Assembly (NCBI RefSeq): GCF_001194135.2
Contig: NC_068985.1
Span: forward strand, 41,281,617 to 41,345,616
DNA from: Octopus bimaculoides
Lineage: Eukaryota
Direction: 5' to 3'
DNA length: 64,000 nt
Below, one piece after another: positions 1-11,498 of the stretch. The notes below the pieces were generated by a model that saw nothing but the letters and a program-made list of their open reading frames with translations, was not told the origin of the DNA and ran no database searches. Position 1 is the first letter of the stretch. Every line of letters starts with the position of its first letter. The translations under genes were made by a program, and so were the position numbers.

Positions 1-679
1 ATATATATATATATACACACACACACATACACATATATAGACACATATATCTTCATATTTCTAAAAACACATTTGTCACTACTAAAAGCTGGCCCGCTAA
101 CACAAAGTACACTAATATTACAAGGTCGCTACTGTCAGTTTGTCAGGGTACATATATCAAACACAGAAAATAGATGAGGATGGAATTATCTAAACAAAGA
201 ACTCTTTTGGCAATTAATACACACGTCATACATCTGTACGTAATCAAAATACTTGGACTTGGACTAAACGGCAGTCGTACTGGGGCAGGAGATAAGGTGA
301 AGTTACAATCATACATGCATAGCTATCTAGCTGCCTATTTATCTAACTAAATGCTTGCCTACCTATCTTACATAAACGCGTACATAGGCAGGTACGTATG
401 TGTGTGTGTGTGCGTGTACGTACGTGTATATGTGTGTGCGCATATATATATCTGTATAGGCATACAGAGATGTACATAAAAACCTTTTTTATAACTGATA
501 GTGTATATGTACATATATAGTTAGATACATCTGCATGCGCATGTATATATTCATGCAGGACTGCATATCAAAACTAAACTACAAAAACTCATACACCTAT
601 ATACATATATATATATAATACAAAGAATATATATACATGTATACACACATATATGTACATACTTACATCTACATGTGTA

Positions 680-812
680 TATACATGCATATCAGGGTAC
701 AGGACGTTAGAACAATAAACTACAGACAACGGAACGAACACATAGGAAAACGGAAAGCCCCTTGGAATATCCCTTCATCAGCTGTCTCTATTCTATCTAG
801 ACGTTTCGAAGA
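680..812 (-). mobile_element. Penelope-like-derived non-autonomous repeat fragment (same family as 32884-33100 and 47180-47335)
   Basis: Minus strand reads TTCGAAACGTC...ACAGCTGATGAAGGGATATTCC...ACGTCCTGTACCC. It shares (A/G)CTGATGAAG and (A/T)GTCCTGTACCC blocks with the two other copies and is flanked by (TA)n. The Penelope-like origin is inferred from the hammerhead half-motifs. Confidence 0.45.
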
Positions 813-814
813 CC

Positions 815-858
<44 letters not shown>

Positions 859-921
859 CATACATAAATACACACATACACTAACGCACACGCGCACATG
901 CATACATATATAGCTATTAAG

Positions 922-1241
922 TGGCACTCCGTCGGTTACGACGACGAGGGTTCCAGTTGATCCGATGAACAGAACAGCCTGCTCGCGAAATTAACGTGCA
1001 TGTGGCTGAGCACTCCACAGACATGGGTCCCCTTAACGTAGTTCTCAGGGAGATTCGGCGTGACACAGAGCGTGACAAGGTTGGCCCTTTGAAAAATAGG
1101 TACTACTCATTTTTGCCAGCTGAGTGAACTGGAGTAATGTGAAATAAAGTTCGTGCTCAAGGACACAACGAGTTGCCGGGAATTGAACTCACCACCTTAC
1201 GATCGTGAGCCGAATAATCTAACCACTAATCCACGCACCTT
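922..1241 (-). mobile_element. Full-length tRNA-derived CORE-type SINE (family A)
   Basis: Minus-strand head GGTGCGTGGATTAGTGGTTAG...GAGTTCAATTCCCGG carries A/B boxes. It is followed by a CORE-like GTGTCCTTGAGCA block and a tail ending CGACGGAGTGCCA. It is colinear with 49813-50142. Confidence 0.85.
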
Positions 1242-1674
1242 CATTATTTTTATTTCGCTTAAGTATAGCGATACTAATAAACTGGTGATAGAACCTAATA
1301 TACATATGGTTCAGAACAAGTTTTCAGTCGTATACAAAAATGACGAAGGAAAAGAAATTATATCATTAACTTCATCAGCTTACAGCCGTTTCTGCTGTAA
1401 CATGCAATGCACTAATAGTTGAATGCTTGTGTATCACCCTATAGCTTCATCGGATCTTCAAGCATGAAGTACAATATTATTTGAGAAAGCATTTCCATTT
1501 ACATATACTCATAGAAAAGCATTACCAACGAAAAAATTCATAGAAATATGTAGGAAATGAATTTAAGTGTTTGATGAGTAGAAGTATCACCCAGAAATGA
1601 AATAAGACGATATTTCATCTCTCTCTCTCTCTCTGAATATATATTTTTTTTTCTGGTGTTTATTCGGGTGTATA

Positions 1675-2481
1675 AGAGGGGGTACCCAAAAGTAACCGGA
1701 AACGTTCTTTGTGGGACAAGCCCATTGTAGTTCAGGCTTCCGCCACTAGAAGTTACTTGATGCAACCCTCAGGCATAAATTGTACAGCCATGTAGTGCGT
1801 CTTTGTTTTGTAGTGCTTCTCCCCTATTTGTCGATTTTTTCGATGGCTAAACGAAGGAACAGCGTGCTTCCGTGAAATTCTGTTTTCTGATGCGGAAAAC
1901 GGCAGCCGAAACAGTTGTCATGCTTCAAACAGTTTACAAGTACGCTGCCATGAGGAAAACACAAGTTTACTAGTGGTTTCCACGCTTTGTGAATGGTTAC
2001 TTATCGCTTGAAGACCAAGCTCGTCCAGGGCGACCCTCGACACCCCGCCCTCAACGAATGAAAATATGAAAATTCATAAACTGATCTTGCCAACAAATGA
2101 GTGAGGAATTGCGAATGTAAAGCGTTGCAGCAAAATTTGTGCCTCGTTTGCTCACGGAAGATCAAAAGCAGTCACGACTGAATGCGTGTCGTGAATAAAA
2201 AGAACAGTTGGAAGTTGATCTTACTCCCTGCAACTGTTTTTTTTTTTTTTTTTGAANNNNNNNNNNTAAACTGAGTGAAAAAGTCCTTAAACTGAGTGAA
2301 AAAGACCTTAACGGAAAACGTTGTGCAGATGTGGAAGAGGTGAAGAAGAAAAAAAGCGACGGAGACGTTAAAAAGCGTCACTCTTTGCAAGAGTTCCAGT
2401 ACTGCTTCGAATAGTGGAAAACGCTGGACCGATGCATAAAATGATATTGCAAAATTCCGGTTTCTTTTGGGTACCCGCTCG
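1675..2481 (+). mobile_element. Internally deleted mariner (Tc1/mariner) transposon with a decayed transposase
   Basis: TIRs AGAGGGGGTACCCAAAAGTAACCGGAA (1675-1701) and TTCCGGTTTCTTTTGGGTACCCGCTCG (2455-2481), with TA on both sides. Translation gives EQRASVKFCFLMRKTAAETVVMLQTVYKYAAMRKTQVY*WFPRFVNGYLSLEDQARPGRPST (mariner HTH N-terminus), then VAAKFVPRLLTEDQKQSRL, then a C-terminal KRCADVEEVK..QEFQYCFE*WK. The catalytic domain is missing. Confidence 0.92.
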
Positions 2482-2821
2482 TATTTCTATTTTTCATTTA
2501 TATATCTCTCTATATTTTGCCCTTTCGTTCATTATCATACGATATAGAATATACCCACCTACGATCTCATACATATACAGACATATATTCATGCATGCAT
2601 CCATACATACACATACATACAACATATAACTATACATGTGCACATACAAATACATTATATAGTCACGTATGATTTATAAATATTTATGAAAATGCGTTAT
2701 TACATGCATTCCATTATACATATTGCAGTATCTCTTTCTGAGCTGCAGTGGAATAGTTTTGCATGTTTATATGTTACATATACACATGCATTATATTTCC
2801 CGCCCACAAATACACACACAC

Positions 2822-2897
<76 letters not shown>

Positions 2898-3286
2898 GTG
2901 CGTGTGTAAATGTATATAATGTATATAAGTATGTGCGTGTGTGCGTGTGTGCGTGGTGCGCGCATACATCTAAGACAAACAAACGAAAGGATATGAAAAC
3001 TAATATATGGCGCTATTTTTGTCTGGATAACTGAATCATCAAATTATATAGCGCTTGTTATTAACTTGACTGTCCCCCTCCCTCTCTTTCTCTCTCTAAC
3101 ATCCTCCCTCTGGCTTTCTTCCTCTCTTTCACTTTCTCTCTAACTCGCTTCCATTTCTCTTATCCAACAATTGTGATAGCGTTGATGTGTTTACAGAGAT
3201 AGCTTTACCTAGGTTGTGTGTGTGTATGTGTGTGTGTGTGTGTGTGTGTGCGTGCGTATACATGTATGAATGTATGTGTCTGTCCG

Positions 3287-3340
<54 letters not shown>

Positions 3341-3355
3341 GAACTCTTTGTCTTG

Positions 3356-3392
<37 letters not shown>

Positions 3393-4365
3393 AAACACAC
3401 AAATATATATATGTAAATATATAAATATGTTGTACATTGAGAGGGTCATATTGCCAACAAAATACATGTAATTGTGCTTCACTTATCATCATCATCATCG
3501 TCGTCGTCGTCAGTGAACTTGTGTAATTAGCTAATCCATTGTTTGACCAATTTTTAAATAAACCAATCAGCTCATTCGTCCGAGATATTTCGTCGCAGTT
3601 TGCAGTCTTATCGTTGAAATACAATCACCTGCTATTCTGTCACAAACTGTCACAAAATCACAGTTCCATGTGGTATTTGTTACTAAGGAGACAGAAGCAA
3701 GCCGAAACAGCGGTGTCTGACATTCCGCTAATGCCACTGGAGTGAGCGCTTTGTTTACACAGTTCACCTATCCGGAGAAGTAGTTCCCCGCAAATGAAAT
3801 TTAACGGTTAAAAGCTATATTCGCCTTCAAAATCTGCCAGAATTTGTTCCGAATGAAAATATACATCGTTGTTTAGATCCTCGCTCTTTTGTGAAGGATA
3901 ATATTTATATATTTAAAAAGAAAATTAAGTACGAATAAAAGTTTAGAAGACTCATAATGCAGTAAAATTGCGCATCAAACTCTTTGTTCAACCCTACATG
4001 AAAACTCATTTGTGCATATATGTATGTATGTTCCCGGCAGCACGTGTGTAACTATTCCTCGTCTTTCAACTCCAGTTTTTATTTTCTTCTCAGATTGTGT
4101 CCTCTTATTGAACACGTTTTACCGTCTTCTGGGGCTGTTTTCCAATTTATTGGCCTTTTTCCAATCTATTGGCCTTCATTAAGCCTGCTTCCAGAACAAG
4201 ATATATTCTGATACATGCTTCTAAACACCTCCTCCTGCCTCTCTTCTTAACTCCCTCATAGAACAACATTTCTCATAGCTTCTGACCACTCACCTCCTAT
4301 CCCAACCGTTTATTATTATTATTATTATTGATGGTATTGCTCTTGTTATTATTACTATTATCATT

Positions 4366-4575
4366 AAGGTGGTGAACTGGTAGAATCGTTAACACGCCGG
4401 CCAAAATGCATTTCGCCCGTCTTTATGATCCGCGTTCAAATGCCGCCGAGGTCAACTTTGCTTTCATCCTTTTGGGGTCGATAAATTAAGTACCAGTGAA
4501 ACACTCGGGTTGATGTAATCGACGAGTCTCCTCCTCCAAATTTCAGGCCTTATGCTTATTATGATTATTACTATT
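4366..4575 (+). mobile_element. SINE family C (GAGCTGGCAGAATCGTTAGCACGCC head, (ATT)n tail)
   Basis: Matches about 30 other copies in the window, with the conserved CGCCGAGGTCGACTTTGCCTTTCATCCTTTCGGGGTCGATAAA body. Confidence 0.85.
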
Positions 4576-4649
4576 ATTATTGTTTTGCACTTTTGGAATT
4601 ATTTTCAAATTATTGGAGTTCGTTGCTCTTCTCATAGTGACGTGTAACT

Positions 4650-5262
4650 GGCCGTGTGCAAAAATACACAAGCGGAATCTTTCGGAATCTGCCCATCTAC
4701 GATGGGAAATAAGGGGATAGTATCGCAAATCTATACCCTTTAAATTCACGAACTATACGCGGGGGGNNNNNNNNNNGGGGGGGGGAAGAATCTAGAATGA
4801 ATCCTTGTGACCGAAATTTTAACAACAAGAAAAATAAATATCAAAGGTGATCTATTAATACAAATCCACTAAGTAATATCCACTAAGTAATCATACTTTT
4901 TCACATTTTTTCCTGATTACTTCCTTCGTAATCCCGAAAAACATCGTGACCATTGCTCCAGCCGTTTGACAGTGAATAAGGAACAGACATTATAGTAAGA
5001 ATTTGATTTACTTCCCTTTGCTTCTTTTATTAGTTACCTTTCCCTTAATTTTTATTTACTCTATTTTTACGCCCGTAAACTGAAAAATTACCCTCAATAT
5101 CCACTGGATAATAATATTTTTTTTACATTTTTTTGCTAAAAAAACCTTCCTGATTACCTCCGTCGTAATCCCGAAAAACATCGTGATCATTGGTCCATCC
5201 GTTTGACTGTGAAGAGAGCACAGGCAGACAGACGGACATAACGCCCATTTTAGTAAGATACT
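4650..5262. mobile_element. Helentron/DINE-1-like non-autonomous repeat with an internal duplication
   Basis: 4911-4976 and 5148-5213 are near-identical (CCTGATTAC..CGTAATCCCGAAAAACATCGTGA..CCGTTTGAC). The element ends ACAGGCAGACAGACGGACA...CCCATTTTAGTAAGAT. The class assignment is by resemblance only. Confidence 0.4.
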
Positions 5263-5760
5263 ATTTATTTTATAAACTTTACTTCTTCCTATTTTATTCA
5301 TTTCATGTTTATTCTCTTTATATATGTGTTGTGTTGATGAAAAGTGAAGTAACTATGATATTCTTTGACCTGATGAGCAAACTTTTTTTTTACCTCTATT
5401 AATTTATAAATTATACAACGGTATTATATAATTTATATTATATACATTAATACAGACATGTAATTTGATTAATTTATTTATTATACACTAAAATAAATTG
5501 TCTTTATTTGCAAAGATCGTCGTTATATGGACGTCTCAAGATGGAATAAATTTATTCATCTTATACCACCTGTCTTTCTTTATATTTTATATGTGTGTGC
5601 GTGCGTGTGTACACACACGCACACACACATATATATATGCGCGCGCGCGCACGTTTAATGACACTTATTGTTTTCCTTTATGGAAACTCTGCGAACTGCA
5701 ATTTTTTTAATTATTTGTATAAACATTAGTAACGATTCGCTAAATCATCCATAAATTTTA

Positions 5761-5904
5761 TATGTGTTGGTAACGCGGCTGTCCAGGAACTGGCAAACAT
5801 GTGCCGACCCTTCTGACGATGCTTCGGCCTAAAGCTGAAACCGTACAGTCAAGAGATATCACAGTCGCCAATTTCCAGTCATCTACGGTCGCTGCCAGCA
5901 TGTA
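5761..5904 (+). ncRNA. Candidate type I hammerhead ribozyme at the apex of a long imperfect hairpin
   Basis: Core CTGACGA at 5813-5819; stem II GCTT/AAGC at 5821-24/5832-35; GAAA at 5837-40; stem III AC..GT at 5840-5849; GTC cleavage triplet at 5848-50; stem I CCCTT/AAGAG (4 of 5 pairs). Stem I extends outward through TGTG/CACA, TGGC/GCCA, GGAA/TTCC, GCGGCTGT/ACGGTCGC and TGTTGG/CCAGCA. Confidence 0.6.
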
Positions 5905-6053
5905 TGTGTAGAATTATATATGAGTTGACCGCAGCAACAGAACCCTTTAGCTCTTATTTATAGTGTAGTTGTTCTAACACCCTTAGTCATATTTAATGAC
6001 AATTATTGTTTTTCTTTCTGGTGAAACTCTGCTAACTAGATGCCTCATTTAAT

Positions 6054-6114
<61 letters not shown>

Positions 6115-7825
6115 CTTAAACAAGAATTAGTGATCGTCTACTTTGGCAATATTGATTACAAATAGTCTCAGATGAAGGCTTCTTTCCGATACATTTTCCA
6201 TTTCTTCAATATAAATCAAGTTGCTCCACTTTGAACTGTCTTTAGTGTTTTTCAGTTTCTCCACACTTGTTGACTTCAATGAATATATTCATTTCATCAT
6301 TAGACATTCATATAACGGCGATCGTCTCATATAAAAAAAAAACAATTTATTTTTGTGTATAATAAATAAATTATTTATTTATTTATTCGCACTTTAAATG
6401 TACCATTGAACACTTGAAAACATATATCTCAGTCAGATCAGCCTGTTGAAGATCACCCCCACTCTCCCTCTCTCTCTAACAGTTTTAATATTTTACTGGT
6501 TTCAACGGATATGCATAGGCTTCACCATCAACAGGATCTGTTTTGTGAACTTGCTTCTGCTGCTGTTGGACACCACTAGTGCTGGAAACAATGTATTCAA
6601 TTTCGTATAACAGGGATCCTGTCTATGCGTTTTATTGGGTTTAACTGAGCAATCTACAAACATGTGGTCTCTGTAGCGGAAAGGATAAAATTATGGACAC
6701 CATACCGTAACTCTATTCGCTGGCCTTGTATATTCTTTGTCTAGATAGAATCTCTTCCATGTTCACATTGGTACGTTTCCATGGACTTAGTAAGTAAGTA
6801 AGTAAGACGTAACGGCTTTTGTCAAGAATTGAAACTTACTCGCAATTTCGCATCGACAGAAGCATAACTTCATGCTCGATAACCCACTCATCCGCTCACT
6901 CAGTCTCCTCAATTAACAAAAGTGAAAAATTGGTTCGGCAAGACAGTTTAATGTTAAGGGATGAATTTCTTCAGCGGATGGGGGCTTGGGAATGGCGGTT
7001 CTGATTTAGGCTTCGTAATTTGATTGCAGGAAGGGGAAAAAATAACAGGACTAAACTGCAAAGTCTTATTGGTTTGAATTTGATAACTCTTGTCAGTGTT
7101 AGTTACTCATTTTCTTCCAAAGTATTAAGTAGAAAGAGAGAAGAAGAGAGAGGGCATGTGTTTGTGTGTATGCAGTGACTAGAAAGTGATATGGTGCAAG
7201 TCAGAGAAAGAAATGCTAACATAAATCAGACATACTGCCTCCTGTTAATGCATCAACTAAAAAAACAAATCCTTACTGTCAAAAAAGATTAAGGACTGTT
7301 TTTAGTATTAATCTTCGGTGTGTGCGTGGGGGGAGGGGGATGAACAAAGTAGTTGAAGCAGAATTTTGAACATGGCTCAGCTTCTTGAGATTAACTAAAG
7401 CCTCTAGAATCGGAAGGGCACTGGATTGCTCAGCTCGAATTTGTCTTTTTGCTAACCTGAAATGACGAGTCAACACATGTTCCTGCTAAGTCTATATACT
7501 GTTATATACTACTTTGTACTGTGCTATTATTATACTGCTTGTATTAATATTTCGAAAACTTTTGGTGGCAAGTTCTTCAAGGTATCGGGTTGTAGGCGCA
7601 CCACCAATAACCCCCAAACTTCAAAATCCGAAACCTCTATAACCCGCAGTTTTTACTTTCTTTTAGTGAGAGAAGCAACTCATACGGAAAATTCAAGAAA
7701 ATGGACCCCCAAGAAAAAAATATGTACAGCTGTTGCAAGCCATCAGCTGTTGTGCTTTGCGTCAACTATCCTGGTTGAGGCGAAAGCATGCTAACAATTC
7801 TGCCAGCTCACAGCCTGAATGGTTC

Positions 7826-8430
7826 CAGATTTTTGCACAAGGCCAGCAACTTTAGGGGAGATGGTAAATCGATTCCATCGATACCAGTGCTCAACTGATA
7901 CTTATTTTATCGACTCCGAACGGATGAAACGAAAATAACTCGGCGGTATTACAAGGTGGTATTTAAGAAACCGGAAGAAAATGCCGCTAAGTATTGCGTC
8001 CGACGCGCTAACGACTCTGCCGGCTCACCACCTCCATAATAATAATTGTTTCAAATGTTGGCACAAAGCCAACAATTTCAGATGGAAGAGACTTGTCGAT
8101 TTTGGTGGCAAGTTCTTTAAGGCATCGGGTTGTAGGCGCAACGCCAATAATCCACAAATTATGCACCATATATGAGCCAGTCGACCCAGTACTTAGCTGA
8201 TATTTATTTTATCGACCCAAAAATGATGAAAGGCAAAATCGAACTTGATGGAATTTGGTTGCTAGTTTGCAGCTTTTAATAGTAACAATAGCTTCCAATT
8301 TACTCACAAGGCCAGCACTTTCGAACGGAGGTTGTTAGTTGATAGCATCGAACCCAATTCTTGACCAATACTTTATTTCATGGACCCCGGAGGAATAATA
8401 GGAATAAGGTTGACTTCGACGAGATTTGAA
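7826..8430 (-). mobile_element. Cluster of two to three degenerate family C SINE copies
   Basis: GCACAAGGCC..AATTT tails, TACTTATTTTATCGAC bodies and a GCTAACGACTCTGCCGGCTC head, all in minus orientation. Confidence 0.7.
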
Positions 8431-8937
8431 TTCAGATTCATCCCACCCACCAAACCCATTACTATCAGCACCACCACAACCACCAAAATTACCACTAGCA
8501 CCATCACCACCACCGCCACTACCGCTACAAAGAAAAAAAAATCAACAATACCAATAAACGCCTGAAGCATACCATGATAAATTATGTTAAACATGATGCA
8601 AACGCCAAATGTTGTGACGCCCTTGCATTTTATTAGTTCAACCGATACTCACAAGTTCATAGGAGTTATTCATCACTTTAGTCAAACCACTTCACTGCTC
8701 CATAACAGGTTTCTCTATAAAACACCTGGATATAACATCGGTCATCTATCAAAACATCAGCGAACGGCGAACTCTCACACCACCTGTCTGAAAACAGACT
8801 TCCAAACCTGAAAATCGAGATTCCTGGTAAATGATTCAAGGGAATGTCTGCCACTCTCGCCCTCTGCCTTACACTTTTCTCCCTTTCTGTTGCCTCCTTC
8901 TTTTCTCTCTTCGCCTTATCTCTCTCTTTTTTATGTA

Positions 8938-9448
8938 CAGTAACGCCTCGATTTACGAGTCAATTTGTTCCTGGAGTCCGCTCGTAAAGCGAAAACTCGT
9001 AAAATAGAGCAATAATTTCCCGTAGAAGCAATGTTATAAAACGTAATTCGTTCCCAGAAAAATATTTTACTCATAAAATTTTAAATACTCGTAAATAAAT
9101 GGGAATAAAACAACGGTAGAAGGTAAAAATATTTTATGTAGAAGTAAAAAGAATGTCAAGATTATTTATAATAAAAAAATTATTATTATAATCATTTTCT
9201 GAATCACTTTCACTCTCACTACACTCGCGCACACCAAAACTTGAAGAAGCGATCGCCGATTCACAAGCACTCGTAGACGGACTTGTAGATTTCTTTTTAA
9301 AAAACAATTCGAGAGTTAGAAGAAGCTTTTTTTTTCGCTCTCTTTAAATTTCTCGGAAACACGGAGAAGCATTTGTTATGTTAGTAGAAACTTTTGCACT
9401 TCGTTAAAATTTATTATAAAGTAAAACTCCTAAAGTGTGGTATTACTG
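8938..9448. mobile_element. Tigger/pogo-like MITE
   Basis: Left end TA|CAGTAACGCCTCGATTTACGAG; right end CTCCTAAAGTGTGGTATTACTG|TA, whose reverse complement is CAGTAATACCACACTTTAGGAG. TA TSD. Internal CTCGTAAA repeats are typical of Tigger-type MITEs. Confidence 0.75.
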
Positions 9449-9576
9449 TACTTACAAAGGCTTCTGTTAGTGACTGCTTGTGATTTAAGGTAGATGTGGT
9501 AGCAATTTCTCGCAAGTCGAGCAACTACACACAAACTCCTAATTTGTGATGCAAGCACGTATTACATAAATACGTA

Positions 9577-9818
9577 CAGTGTTCATAAATTATCTTTGCA
9601 AATTTCACAATTTATTGTGTCTGCTAAAGTTGAGATCCATCGATCAACTTCCTTGCATGTTAAATAAATATTATCAAAGTCTTCTGATGTTTCTAATAAA
9701 GCTTTATTTGTTTGCTTATGTTTTCCAATAAACTCTGCTTATTCTTATTTCTTTATTCTTATTTTTCATTTTTTTTCCTGAATTTTTCAAAATGTAAAGA
9801 TAATTTATGGACACCCTG
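9577..9818. mobile_element. Tc1/mariner-type MITE (about 240 bp)
   Basis: TIRs CAGTGTTCATAAATTATCTTTGCA and TGTAAAGATAATTTATGGACACCCTG, with a TA TSD at 9575-76 and 9819-20. Confidence 0.85.
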
Positions 9819-10344
9819 TACGTATGCAAGTATGTGTGTATGTGTGTATGTATGTATGTATGTATGTATGCATGAGAGTACGTACGCACGCTTGTGCGTG
9901 CATGTGTGTGTGTGTGTGTGTGTGTGCGTGCGTGTGTGTGTAACTTGCTTAAAACCACTCAGATTAATAAAATAAGGCTTTTATCAGAACTAAACATAAA
10001 TACACACACACATATTCTTTTATTAGCAGTAGTCAGTTAAATAATTAACTAAGCAAGTAAACAATTGCTTGACTAATAGTTTCAGAAGTCAATCAACCAG
10101 TTGGTTTGTCAGACGTGTTCTAATTACTCCAGGTGTGCGCGTGCGCGTGTGCGTATGTTGTGTGCGTGCGCGAGACTACATGGTAACAGAACAGGTTTTT
10201 AGAAAGATAAAGCATGCAACCGCATAAATATAATTACAATCTGCACCTTTCATTGGGTACTTCACCCGTGTTCGTTATATTTAACTATTCAACATGTATG
10301 TGTGTATGTATGTATGTATGTATGTATGTATGTATCTATCTATC

Positions 10345-10510
10345 TATTTTTCATTCCTTCCGTTTTTTCCCCTCTTAATCCTTTCTCTCAAAGAGCGTAG
10401 GTTCGAAGCGTAAAAAACTTTTCCATATTTCCCGAGCGTTAAACTAATACACCTGCTTGTTATTCCTACACCTGTCTTCGTTTTTTGTTTTCTGTAAATT
10501 TTAAATATAT
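10345..10510 (+). mobile_element. Penelope-like terminal repeat fragment (sibling of 32755-32880)
   Basis: GAGCGTAGGTTCGAAGCGTAAAA...CCGAGCGTTAAAC...CACCTGTCTTCG matches the reverse complement of 32755-32850. It abuts (TA)n and a gap. Confidence 0.6.
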
Positions 10511-10525
10511 ATATATATATATATA

Positions 10526-11498
10526 NNNNNNNNNNNNNNNNNNNNNNNNNNNNNNNNNNNNNNNNNNNNNNNNNNNNNNNNNNNNNNNNNNNNNNNNNNN
10601 NNNNNNNNNNNNNNNNNNNNNNNNNNNNNNNNNNNNNNNNNNNNNNNNNNNNNNNNNNNNNNNNNNNNNNNNNNNNNNNNNNNNNNNNNNNNNNNNNNNN
10701 NNNNNNNNNNNNNNNNNNNNNNNNNNNNNNNNNNNNNNNNNNNNNNNNNNNNNNNNNNNNNNNNNNNNNNNNNNNNNNNNNNNNNNNNNNNNNNNNNNNN
10801 NNNNNNNNNNNNNNNNNNNNNNNNNNNNNNNNNNNNNNNNNNNNNNNNNNNNNNNNNNNNNNNNNNNNNNNNNNNNNNNNNNNNNNNNNNNNNNNNNNNN
10901 NNNNNNNNNNNNNNNNNNNNNNNNNNNNNNNNNNNNNNNNNNNNNNNNNNNNNNNNNNNNNNNNNNNNNNNNNNNNNNNNNNNNNNNNNNNNNNNNNNNN
11001 NNNNNNNNNNNNNNNNNNNNNNNNNNNNNNNNNNNNNNNNNNNNNNNNNNNNNNNNNNNNNNNNNNNNNNNNNNNNNNNNNNNNNNNNNNNNNNNNNNNN
11101 NNNNNNNNNNNNNNNNNNNNNNNNNNNNNNNNNNNNNNNNNNNNNNNNNNNNNNNNNNNNNNNNNNNNNNNNNNNNNNNNNNNNNNNNNNNNNNNNNNNN
11201 NNNNNNNNNNNNNNNNNNNNNNNNNNNNNNNNNNNNNNNNNNNNNNNNNNNNNNNNNNNNNNNNNNNNNNNNNNNNNNNNNNNNNNNNNNNNNNNNNNNN
11301 NNNNNNNNNNNNNNNNNNNNNNNNNNNNNNNNNNNNNNNNNNNNNNNNNNNNNNNNNNNNNNNNNNNNNNNNNNNNNNNNNNNNNNNNNNNNNNNNNNNN
11401 NNNNNNNNNNNNNNNNNNNNNNNNNNNNNNNNNNNNNNNNNNNNNNNNNNNNNNNNNNNNNNNNNNNNNNNNNNNNNNNNNNNNNNNNNNNNNNNNNN
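10526..11498. other. Assembly gap (one of about 14 large N runs, most bordered by (TA)n or (TG)n)
   Basis: Directly visible. The X-rich ORFs in the track are artefacts of these gaps. Confidence 0.99.

Noticed and set aside
5370-5385. CTGATGAG followed by CAAAC
   Set aside because: No stem II, GAAA or stem I. Other isolated CTGANGA hits (16477, 27098, 31108, 42970) were rejected for the same reason.
5819-5902. Short ORF MLRPKAETVQSRDITVANFQSSTVAAS with a possible donor
   Set aside because: Joining it to the acceptor at 6482 gives a stop after about 32 codons. The segment is better explained as the hammerhead hairpin.
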